Source: Octopus sinensis
Lineage: Eukaryota
Reading direction: 5' to 3'
NCBI RefSeq assembly: GCF_006345805.1
Contig: NC_043003.1
Span: forward strand, 60,822,001 to 60,886,000
DNA: 64,000 bases
A model generated the notes under the pieces. It was given only the letters and a program-made list of their open reading frames with translations, ran no database searches and was not told where the DNA came from. Shown here piece after piece: positions 52,567 through 64,000 of the stretch. Both the position numbers and the translations under genes were made by a program. Within the stretch, counting starts at the first letter, position 1. Each line of letters starts with the position of its first letter.

Positions 52567-54424
52567 CACACACACACACCACACACACACACACAAACGC
52601 ATATATATATATATATCCGGCATTTGCACCAGAAGCAGTTTAGATTAAAATAGCCATCTATGTATCATACTTAAATCATCATGGAAAAGCAAGTTTACTG
52701 CAGTATTTGTCCGGAGATTGCATCTCTTATGGACATGGAATTTTTTTTTTAAACCATATGTATTAGTGCTAACAATATATCACAAATGTAACAGTGCAGT
52801 GACTTTGTCAGTCGCACGTACTCATTCCTAATCGCGTACTAATACAAAATCCGTTGCTACAGATATAAGTAGCATTAGATCAAAATAGGCAGCTGTGTAT
52901 CATACCTAAGTCAGATACCAAGCAAAAAGGCAAATTGATTTCGGTATTTGTCCCTAGATAACATCCCTATTAGACGTATTATACTTAAAATCAATTACTG
53001 TCTTGAATATAGATGGAGAGTAGAATATGGCGAAAATAAAGAAGCATTGTTTTTTTTATAAATCAAACGAACAATCGAAGCTTAGTGGCCCACGTGTGTT
53101 GGTTGTTTTCCATGTAGTATATGGTTGTTATGGTATACTACATTATGTTGATTATTTGAACCAGCACTGTTTTTGTAAATTTAGCGCTTTATGAGTGTCC
53201 GGTGTATGCAATTAATTACATTTGGTTTATACATCCAGAACTCGGTTAATTATTAAGTATATCCAAACATTTTAAGACAGTTAAGTAAACATTGGAGGTA
53301 GATTCTGCTGCTATTTTTAGAATAAGTGATTGTTTAGAGGCTTCTTTATAATGCACATCACCAATATGTGCAGAGAGAGAGAGAGAGACAGAGAGACAGA
53401 GAGAGAGAGACAGAGACAGAGAGAGAGAAAGAGAAGAAATGATTAAATTCATTGAGATTACCACATACAATTAACCAGTTTATGCCAGAATAAGAATCGT
53501 AGTCCACAACCAGGCAGGTGGTATGTTGTATCTAGGGGTAAGGTTCTGAACATACCAATCATTTATCCGGCTATCCATATATCTATATGGTTACATTACA
53601 AGAACTGACCTGAGGGTATCGCAACAACACTCGAAGAATAAGTATAAGATATTTGAGAAATATTGACCTTAGTTATTACCGTAATTCATGCTATTGTTTC
53701 TCTATAGGTATGATTCAACTGATTAAAAGCTTATATATAAACCTGATTTATATATAAAGCTGTTCGCAAAAGAGAAATAATTACAGGATATAATTGCCAA
53801 TACTCATATGGCAGGCGAGATAACAAAATTGATTATAATTCTCAACATAAAAATTGATAACCTGGTTGTCCATTTAGCACTAAATACTAAGGCACGGAAT
53901 TCTCTCGATAACAATGACATTCGAATCCCCAAACTGAAACAAACTTCCTAGAAGTAGATAGGTACCACAGGGTACGAAACAACTTAATACAATTCATGAT
54001 GGTTATTGCAATAAATGCTATTATTCTTTTACAAACATGAGAGAGAAAGCAGGCCTAGAACTCATCTATAATTTTAACTCGTATAATCTCTTCAGAATAT
54101 AAAAATAATTACATAATATAATTGCCAATATTTATTCATTTGAGAACAGATACAACCAAATTGATTAAAATTCTGGGCAACCAACCGATAGCTCGATGTC
54201 AGCTGTCACATTCGACGAGCGTTTCGCTAGCATGTAATCCATAATACAAATACATCTGGGAGCTTTACTTTGAAAGAAATGAATCGCATCAAGCTGGCTT
54301 GGTTCTAGTCATAGAACATGTTTTGAAAATTTTTCAATGGTTTAGAAAGAAATATTTTCTGTATTGCAATACCATGTTCATCCTTCACTATCAAATACCT
54401 GTTTACTAAATTTTGTTATTCCAG

Positions 54425-54500
54425 GTCTTGCTGTTCCAATTGTTGGTTTCAATGCTTTTGCTACAGCCAAGAATATAGTGGACGAGGTGATTACAGTCAG
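54425..54500 (+). CDS. Ammonia-lyase coding exon 8
   Basis: TTCCAG|GT+LAVPIVGFNAFATAKNIVDEVITV+AG|GTAAAG; completes TLADGLAVP. Confidence 0.94.
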
Positions 54501-55245
54501 GTAAAGAAACCGATTGTGTAAATGAATGCTTTGTATTTTACAGTAAGTTTAAAGACATATTTAAGGCTAATGCTTTGCTATAATATATATAGGCGTAGGA
54601 GTGGGTGTGTGGTAAGTAGCTTGCTTACCAACCACATGGTTCCGGGTTCAGTCCCACTGCGTAGCACCATCAGCAAGTGTCTTCTACTATAGCCTCGGGC
54701 CGACTAAAGCCTTGTGAGTAGATTTGGTAGACGCAAACTGAAAGAAGCCCATCGTATATATGTTGATATATAAATGTATGAGTGTGTATATGTTTGTGTG
54801 TTGGCAAAAGAAACCGATAGAATAAGTCCTGGGGTCGATTTACTCGACTAAAATGCGGTGCTCCAGCATGGCCACAGTCACATGACTGAAACAAGAAAAA
54901 GAGTAAAATAGTATAATCTGTAATAGAAGCATAGCAAAGAACATTGAAACATTATGTTAAATGCCATTGAATGAGAGCAATTTTAACGGGTTTGTGCATT
55001 CGCTGAGGTCAAGGAAATGCAGCATTTATAGGACACATGTAGGGACAAGAAAATACTCCTGTGTGCATTTAAGTGTACATATATATGCGTGGATAGTTGT
55101 TGCCCCCTACCACTTGACAACAGGTGTCGGTTTGCTTACAGTCCCATAACTTAGCAGTTATAGAATTAAGATAAGGATTTAAAAATAAGTATTAGGGTAT
55201 ATCTTATCGCCTAAACGCTTCATTGTGGTGTCCCAACATGGCGGG

Positions 55246-55281
<36 letters not shown>

Positions 55282-55346
55282 CCTTCTCTCTCTTTCTCTC
55301 TCTCTTCTCCTTCTCTCGCCCCCTCTCTATCTATATATATATGTCA

Positions 55347-55425
<79 letters not shown>

Positions 55426-55904
55426 TATGTATGCATTCATGTATGCATGGGCTGATGCAAGATATTGTTACTCTGATAAGGAGTGAATGTACTAGATGAA
55501 TACATTTCACCTTGACGACAGATAAAGGGCACACTGATGGCTGATTTCCCATATCAGCTTTTGGTCTGTCTTAGCAGAGAAAAACACGCGCCGCCACAAA
55601 GAGTTAGCAAGTGCGTGCATACACACACGCACACATACACAACACACACACACACACCTCCCCACTCTCTGTTTCTCCCTCAGTCCTTCTCTTTCACCTC
55701 TCTGTCTCTCTTTCTCTCTCTCACTGTCACGTTTACACGCTCTTAGGAGTCTAAGTTGATCTAAAAATATGATACACACATCATACATGCACACACACAC
55801 ACACACATACATACAAACATATTTATATGCATACATACATACATATGTACATGCATACATACACATATACATACATACGTATATATATATGTATATACAT
55901 TCAT

Positions 55905-55938
<34 letters not shown>

Positions 55939-56666
55939 ACATTCATACATACATACATACATACAAACATACATATTAACATACATACATACATACGTAT
56001 TGCAAGCGCACACATACTTACGTATGTCGCATACAAAAGTATGTATGGAATAACTGGTATTTGGATGGAATGGTAGGGTGATTGGTAGGCGTTAGAGAGG
56101 GGTGTGCACATATTGAAATACCAAAGTCGAAAGTACATCTACCATGATAATGGTTGTAGAGAGAGAGGAAGCAGAAGAAAAAAAGAGAGGAAAAGAAAAA
56201 AAAAAATACAGAAAGAGATCAGGAAGAAAAGACGGTCGGTCGGTTGGGAGGTACTGTAAATAGTGGTTCCTCTCTCTCTCTCTTACATATATCTATCTAG
56301 AGATACGCATTCTTGAACCGTACATTCATGCATAGATACCATCAGGAGCACCTGCTAGTCATTCATCTTTCAACTGACAGCTAGCGTGGAGTGAAGAGGA
56401 GGAAGAGGAGGAGAGGGAGAGAGAGCGAAGTTAGGAATACGGAATTCGCAGAAATACGAAATACGATACTCTGCATATAATATAAAATGCGATATACAAT
56501 ATGCAATATGCAGTCATGTGCGTTGCAATGCATATCGATAAAAGTGCTACTTTAGTGTAGCGCATTCACAGAAGACAATACCGTCGCCATGAGAAAAATT
56601 CTGTCATCCGCTCATTTAATACGATTTAACGACTAGCAGTAAACATCACCATTAAAATGTTGCAGC

Positions 56667-56701
<35 letters not shown>

Positions 56702-57156
56702 GACGGGCTACAGCAAATATTCTGCTCAGTACTACAGATTTGTCTGGCAGTTGTTTGACCTTAACCATCTAAGCATGTCCCTTAGTTGCTGACGATAGGC
56801 GCATCTCTAATCACAAGCAGAAGTAGTGGGGGAGAATCATGGCCATGTGTTGAGAAGAATTCTGTAGGGTTTGGATAATTCACCTCTGGAAACATGGGTG
56901 TTTCAACATCCTTGAACAACCCTTTTTCAGAGACCTTTTGAGCTGGAAGGGCTAATCGACCTGAAGGAAATTGTAACTGGGCCCCACCTGCAAGGTCATG
57001 CGCTGTTTATCTTGATACGAGATCACCATTCTGCGACCATTTGGTTGTGATGCATGTGCCTGGTGTACCATTATCAGACGGGTAGTCATGATGGGTATAC
57101 TGGACTTCATATATTTTACCCTAGTCACTTTGATGGCATGCATTTCTCTCTCACTC

Positions 57157-57184
57157 AATAATAATAATAATAATAATAATAATG

Positions 57185-57231
<47 letters not shown>

Positions 57232-57329
57232 AATAATAATGATAATGATAATAATAATAATAATATAATAATGATAATAATAATAATGATAATAATAATA
57301 ATAATAATATAATGATAATGATAATAATA

Positions 57330-57360
<31 letters not shown>

Positions 57361-57384
57361 TAATGATAATGCTAATAATAATGC

Positions 57385-57425
<41 letters not shown>
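57157..57425. repeat. (AAT/GAT)n microsatellite
   Basis: Directly visible. Confidence 0.95.
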
Positions 57426-57427
<2 letters not shown>

Positions 57428-57560
57428 GCTAAGTTTAGAGCAACTTCAAAAACAGTATTATTAAGGACAGCTAAGATTCTGAGGAAGGTTCTTGGCATCT
57501 AAGGTTACTTGTTATAGCCCGATGTTAGGAATAGCTTCTAACAACCTAACCTGTGGTGCG
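57428..57560 (+). mobile_element. R4/Dong/NeSL-like LINE ORF C-terminal relic
   Basis: EQLQK/(frameshift)TVLLRTAKILRKVLGI*, resembling the LQKxxLLGTAxILRKxL terminus. Confidence 0.55.
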
Positions 57561-58652
57561 TACATGAAGTAATTACAATGATGATGATCCTTGGGTGATG
57601 GAGAAGTCGATTGCTTCAACCTCATTGCTCAAGTAGTACTTATTAACGCCAAACGGATGAGAGGCAAAGTCGACCTCGGCGAAATTTGAACTCAGAATTT
57701 ACAGATGGACGAAATGCTGTAAAGCATTTTGTCCAGCGTGCTAACGATTCAGCCTGCTCGCTGCCTTAAATAATAAGACACCAGCTGTGCGTGCCAATGG
57801 CGAAAGTCACTATGCAGAGTATAAAGTCTAATGCATAATTCATTGTGTAGTGTGTAAACTGCTATGTTCAGAGATGACAGCTTTTAGAGTACAAGAATTC
57901 ACAAGTTTGAGTATATAAGAAACGGAGTTATAGAGTGCACAATCTTCGGATGCAGAATATGTGTCACAAACTGCATTACATAAAGACGAAAAATAAATCC
58001 TGGTCGCCAAGAATATCTAATAGGGTGCTGTGATCCAGTCAACTGTAAGGGACGATTCTTGTCACTGTTCAAATGAAGAAAATAAAAAATAAACAAATAA
58101 TGATAAGCGAATAACTCCACCTGCTTGAATGGAGGAGTAGAGATGCAGTTAAATGCCCTCACAACAACTAGTATCTTTCGAAAGAGCTGCTGTACAGAGC
58201 AAAAGTACAAGTGGAAAAGAATATGCACCGGGCTAATAGAGACCCTCTTAAGATTTGTTTCACAGATAATCTACTTATATGCATTCATACTCTGCAAGTA
58301 ATACAAATAATTTCGAAGTCACTTTCAATTAAATTATTGTGAGTGTGTGTGTGTGTGTGTGTGCGTGAGCATGTGCATGTATGTGTATGTGTGTGTATGC
58401 GCATGCGTGTGTGTGCATGTGTGCATGTTGTAAACTGGTGTGCGATTCCACCAATAGCTTGACTTTAAACCTAGATTACTTGTACAAATTAATTGTTCCC
58501 GAAATTATTTTCTTCATACAAAGGGAAGGATTGTCTTATAATGTTATAGAAAGTAGAAAGCTCTATCTATGGAGGAAATAAATCCCAGTTTTATATAATA
58601 AATGTGTTGAATATTCTATACTAAAAGATCCCTTTTATATAAACATTTTCAG

Positions 58653-58778
58653 TGAGAACTACATTGCTTTATCCATTCTGAGGCTTGTAGAACAGGAAAA
58701 AGCAGTGGTAGAAGGGGCTGGAGTCGTTGGACTGGCTGCACTATTACAGGGTAAACAAGAAGAATTGAAAGGCAAAAC
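58653..58778 (+). CDS. Ammonia-lyase coding exon 9
   Basis: TTTTCAG|T+ENYIALSILRLVEQEKAVVEGAGVVGLAALLQGKQEELKGK+AC|GTGAGT. Confidence 0.94.
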
Positions 58779-59982
58779 GTGAGTACAAATCAGTTACTAT
58801 CTCAGGCACATGCCCACTGTCTTGTTAGAGGTTAGAATAACCATTATATGGACTCCTCCGCATTAAGCTGGTATTTTATTCTATCTGCTTCGGAAGGCTA
58901 AAAAGCAAAGTTGACTTCGGCGGGATGATGCTCACGCCTGGAATGGCGTTAATCGTAGTTATGCTTAATCTAGGTCAATTTGGTACAAAAAACTAGCATT
59001 TTTTGTGTGCAGTCATAATAGAATACAAAATATCGGTTTGTATAATATTTGTAATGTATTTACGAACATAGAACAGAACTAGCTGTTATATTTAGTCGCA
59101 GGGAGAATACCCAAAGAGACTAATACAGAGGGCTTCGCTCAGAATATTGGTGTATAATGTTTCTACCTAATTTGATCCCCTCAGAGACGACTACCTGGAA
59201 CATTCCCGGACGTAGGTCAATATATATAGATGTGCTAATATATTAGCAAATATGTCATTGTATCAAGGATGTTTTAACACATCAGGTAATGGGACTGTAT
59301 ATATAATAATAATAATAAAAACATTGTGTACAGTGCTCAGGTGCACTACAATATGTGGAATGTAGCGCAATAACAACAATTTGTTAGTATTTTAGGAAAA
59401 TTCCAGACATCAGAAAACAATGTTTCGATTTATTTGTAATTATTAGAACGATTTTTCGAGTTTTATCCGATATCTCTAGATGTAATCATACCTGTAATTA
59501 CATTCCCTTTACAAAAAAAAAACCCTGGTTGTATTATGTGAATATATATATGGAAGCATTTACTGGTTTAATGGAAATACATCAATGGTTTTTTGAAATA
59601 AATAAATGTATAATACATCAACATAGCGAAAAAGTAATACAATCTATAAATCTGAATGTGGAATGAAACTCAGAAACTACAGTTATGCAAGAATACTATG
59701 AATACCGGATGTCACTAGAAGATTATGCACGGATGGAAGTAATTACATTTGCAGTTTGTTAGCACCTTATAATTATATAACCTTAATTGCTGTCTAATTA
59801 TAGAAGGTAGAAGGCAGCTAAGGTTAAAAATTGCAGTGTGTTAAATATCATTTCAGCTCTCTCAAATTCTGCCCGCAAACATCGACACAAAAATAAAGGA
59901 GAATACATTAAAATGTCCGTCTTTATGCTTAATATTTCAGTTCTTTTAAAGAATAAAATCAGTCAATGTTGTATTTTAACAG

Positions 59983-60150
59983 GGTTGTTGTGGCTTTGTG
60001 TGGTGGAAACATAGACACACCAGCCTTAGGAAGAGTTATTGAGCGTGGTCTGGCCGCTGATGGACGTTTGATCAAGTTTGTTGTGACGGTCAGTGATCGA
60101 CCAGGTGGGATTGCCGACTTAACTCGGCTTATTGCCAGCATTGGCGTCAG
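59983..60150 (+). CDS. Ammonia-lyase coding exon 10 (end of catalytic domain, start of ACT domain); gene continues beyond the window
   Basis: AACAG|G+VVVALCGGNIDTPALGRVIERGLAADGRLIKFVVTVSDRPGGIADLTRLIASIGV+AG|GTAGGT; CGGN and DRPG motifs. Confidence 0.95.
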
Positions 60151-60279
60151 GTAGGTTATTTTATTTTCTCATGAGAAGAAACAGCAACAACAACGTTAAT
60201 TACAACAACTACAATCACCTTAATAATATTCATTATCATCATCATCGTCTGTTATTCTTGTCACCCTTAATATCTACGC

Positions 60280-60960
60280 GCGCCAATGAACCCTAACGTA
60301 GTCTCACCAGCCTTGCCTATTTCTGTGCTTCCGTTTCAGTTTCCGCAATTTTATTGATATTATCTCTTTCTCATTTTGCATTTTCTCTGCCAAGCAGGCC
60401 TAACTCTTCCGCTGATACCTTGGACTGGCTATTCTACTGATTGGCATAATAGTCTTTCATCAAGCTGTGGCTGAAGCACATAACCCAACCATTCCCATCC
60501 CATCATGTTTTTTTTTGTTTCAGTGTATGTTTTTCATGTCTCGAACCACTTTATTTCTCATTAACTCTCGCTATTTGTTTCCCAAGATTCTTCGTAATGC
60601 TCATCTGCTTCAACAACTTCGTAAAGACTCTAAACAGATTAGCTTAATACCATTGCTTTACCATGATTCTTTTCCATACATTAAAGCACTTCTTACAACA
60701 AGTACCCTATGTGGTTTAATTTTCGAACGACCCACCAACTATTTGATTTTCACCCATTTGAGAAACACTCCTATTGCTTGATTTCCCGTCTTACATATTT
60801 CATTAAACACATTTTCTAAAGACCTCCTACGCCCTGTAAAAGGTCCAAGATATCTAAGCGTATTTTACTTTTCTAGTAGTGCCCATCCAATGACATTTCT
60901 TTTATCGATTTGCGCTGTCTTCATAGTTTTAGTTTTAACGAAGTTCATTGTTAAACCCTG
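60280..60960 (-). mobile_element. Old RTE-type LINE ORF2 3' relic
   Basis: WEWLGYVL...ERL...E*P..G motif on the minus strand. Confidence 0.6.
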
Positions 60961-62099
60961 ACCCACTTTTGATTATTTCATCACCACTATATATCATTCT
61001 TTGTAATTTGCATATATCATTACTAAGAAAACCACAATAGGGTCCCGTTCTTGCTGCTGTGTGATAGCTCCTGTGACTCAATGACTCGGAGAGCTAAGCT
61101 AACTGGGTGCAAGTACATGGTAGAAACTCCCATGTTGAACAGGTGAAAGGATAGACGCTAGGCTACTATGATGCATCTCTTCCAAGAGATAGATATGGGT
61201 CTGTGCAGGGCCAATATGGCGGCCTAGACAAAGAGAAGATACAAATTCCGTCGATAACATTTGAAAATCGACAAGACATGAGAAAGGAATAGCCAGCTCA
61301 GCGTCGAGAAAAGAGTAAAAACGTTGTCGATGGGCCTATGCTTTATAGAGAACGAAGGGATTAAACATCCAGCATGTACTTTCCACAAATCCATTCAGCT
61401 CTTTGTCTTCCATCTCCGATTGTTTCCTTTTTGACGTCGTTTACTGGAACAGCAAACAAGGGAGGTTATAAAATACCTACCTACAGTAATCCACTCCTGA
61501 TTTCAAATTCATTTGAACGCTTGCCGTTTACGCTTTCTTAACATTTACTTCCTCGAAGGAATCTATCTATTATATCGATATAGTGTCACAGCAAATCATT
61601 TGCAGTGGAATTTGTGTCGAGAGACAACACTTTCCAGTTTGGGATAACCCCTTTATGTAAAGAGGTTATCCCAAACTGGTTCATCTAGCTAACTTCTTTT
61701 TACCTCTACGTATGTCCATAGCAACAGCCTCAGTAGGTCGGCTAAATAAGACGCGCAAACGTCCCTGACAGTGAGGCGGTGTCGATAAAATTTAGAATAA
61801 TATGTGATAATAGCACCTTCGGTGAAAGTTTCAGATGTCTATCTTAACTAAGAATCCATGGCTTCAAACTTGGGACGGTAGCTTAATCAATGAGGGATAT
61901 AGCAAACTAATCCTCTACGTATAATGTGAGTAAATAAACTAAAGAGCCCTGGACTAGAGCAAGGACGAGTGTTAAAAATACTGAAATACGTGTTCGAACA
62001 AAGTGTTTAAACATTGCGGAAGGAAAGTAGATAGAAAGAAATAGAGATGGAGCGATAACAAATTGATATACTGGCTCACTGGGAAATCGGACATGGATC

Positions 62100-63745
62100 G
62101 ATGAATATATAAAATTTAATACGACGGGAAGTAATATATTTTTGATCTCTGTAAGAGAATGTAATATTGGGTGTGATAGTGTCGGTTTGACTCGGAAGAA
62201 AAAAGAAAAAACTTATTATCTAAATGAAACCATTTAGCTAATGGTAGAATGCTTTTAGTGAAAGTTGTAGCTCAGCAAAGCAACATCATCTATATTATTG
62301 TTTGTTACGCATCAATAAATAATGCAAGTTTTAAAGAGAAAGATTCTTTCGACCAATTATTGCAAGGTAGAGCTGATAGTATACCAGCAAGTGATATGGA
62401 AATTGTGATTTAAATATGAAAGTTGGGAGTAGCAACGAGGTTATGGAACAAACAGCATAGGTTTGGTGATGTTAGTGAATATGGTGTAAGATTGACCAGC
62501 TTATATACAACCAGCAATCATATCATAGGACGTAATCTCCTTAAAATCAAGGATATTCATAAATGCATTTGAAGAAGTCCTGGTAAAAACATCGTTATCC
62601 AGAGATCATATTTGGTAAATCGATAACGTAAGAAACCAGAGATCTGAGAATATATCGAAGTACTGATATAGGAAGTATTTATCGATTAACAACAGGTATA
62701 GTTCAGTTAAAGCTGAAGATTTCAGAAAAAAAAAGGTGGGACTGCAGGTTTGATACCGAAAAACTGAAGGATGTTCGAATAATTGAATGCTGAAGTTGGT
62801 TTTAATGCCTGAAGTTTTGACCGAAAATGCTATAGAAATCAATGGCGCGTAGAGGAATGTAAGGAAGTATACCATAACGTAAGCAAAAGTGTTCTGGGTA
62901 GAAGAAAGACAGCATGAAGAAAATGAATTACGAATGAAACATGGTAATTCACTGAGGTACGAAAAGAGCAAAACTATTTGAAATTGGGAGAGGAAAAAGA
63001 TAAATCTTAAAGTGGAAATAGCTAGATATTGGTGTCGCAAAAGAGATGAAGCGGTGTTCGAGAAGGGATAAAAGAAGATACTTGGGAGTGAAAGATGGCT
63101 GGAAGGAAAAGTTGGTGAAGCAGTTAAGTTATATAATGCAGAAGACAGTAGAGAAATCAGAAATCTGATGAAATTATAAATAAGATTACAAAACAAAGAG
63201 AGGAAATAAAACTGTGTTTAGTATTGCCGAAGAGGTGATAGAAATCTAATATAAACTCTTAAGAAAGGAAGAACATGTTAAATGCAATCTTGAGCAAGGT
63301 AGTAAATAAGAAAAATGCTCTGATAACTTCTGAACCAGATGGGATGGAAGTAGATGGACATAAAATATTTGTTGAGGAAATAACAAGAGACATCGGGCAA
63401 TTATAAAGCGAAAAGGATTGGGATGGAATTTCAGGAAAAATGCTAAAAACTGATAAACACGTAATAGAAAGAGCGATACTGAAGTTGTTTCATAATATAT
63501 GAAAGATTGAAGAGATACCTGATGATTGGAAGGCCGGTGCAGTGAAGAAGATAGCAGTAAAGAGTAACCTCAGAGTGTGTGATAATTGGAAGTTTATACC
63601 ACAGAGTAGTATATCACAGGAGTTTTTCAGTTGTGTAATCCGGAATAGGATACAAATTGCATTGGAATGAATACTAAGAGGTGACCAAGCAGCGGCTGCG
63701 AGGTTGCAGTAACCAAATGTTTGCTCAGGCTCATTGTAAAACATG
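62100..63745 (+). mobile_element. Old RTE-type LINE relic (APE endonuclease plus RT N-terminus)
   Basis: IKDIHK (endonuclease) and DGISGKMLK...LKLFHNI*KIEEIPDDWK (RT) with many stops. Confidence 0.7.
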
Positions 63746-64000
63746 TTGAATTCAGATAGCCAGTAATAGTGATTATGTTAATATCTTCGCTAAGGGCATC
63801 TTTATTAATATCTTCCTCCTCTCTCATCTCGTTATCAAAATATTCAACAATACTGAGTCATCTAACACAAACACTTCAATAACAGCACCTCTGCTATTTC
63901 ATTTCGTTATTCTTCTCAGTACTAATCTATCTGTTGTATCTATCCATTTATCTATTTTATTCTATCTATCAATTCTATCTATCCATTTATCTATCTATCT

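Noticed and set aside
58750-58756. Alternative donor G|GTAAAC inside exon 9
   Set aside because: Using it would shift the frame relative to exon 10 and remove the conserved ELKGK segment.
62540-62575. IKDIH as the next ACT-domain exon (expected SIKDI.HERA)
   Set aside because: There is no acceptor in the right phase, a stop follows, and the context matches an RTE endonuclease relic.
62606-63196. 196-aa minus-strand ORF
   Set aside because: It is the antisense of the purine-rich LINE relic, with no recognisable domain.

Overview
AT-rich, microsatellite-dense eukaryotic DNA. The repeat landscape looks like Octopus or another coleoid cephalopod (inference from pattern recall, not tested). One protein-coding gene is well supported on the + strand: a fold-type II PLP-dependent L-threonine/L-serine ammonia-lyase (serine-racemase/TdcB family) with a C-terminal ACT domain. 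I reconstructed 10 coding exons from 22371 to 60150 (1217 nt, about 405 codons) with consistent GT-AG phases; the rest of the ACT domain and the stop codon lie beyond the window. The remainder is mostly tRNA-derived SINEs, LINE relics (CR1-like, RTE, R4/Dong-like), Tc1/mariner and hAT relics, Helitron-like elements and simple repeats. The most unusual signal is at least four unrelated sequence families of minimal type-I hammerhead ribozyme (HHR) motifs, each with a palindromic stem III. Most sit in long tail-out foldback elements of probable Penelope-like (PLE) origin, and one is fused behind a tRNA-like Pol III head. Repeat boundaries are approximate and all RNA folds were done by eye.
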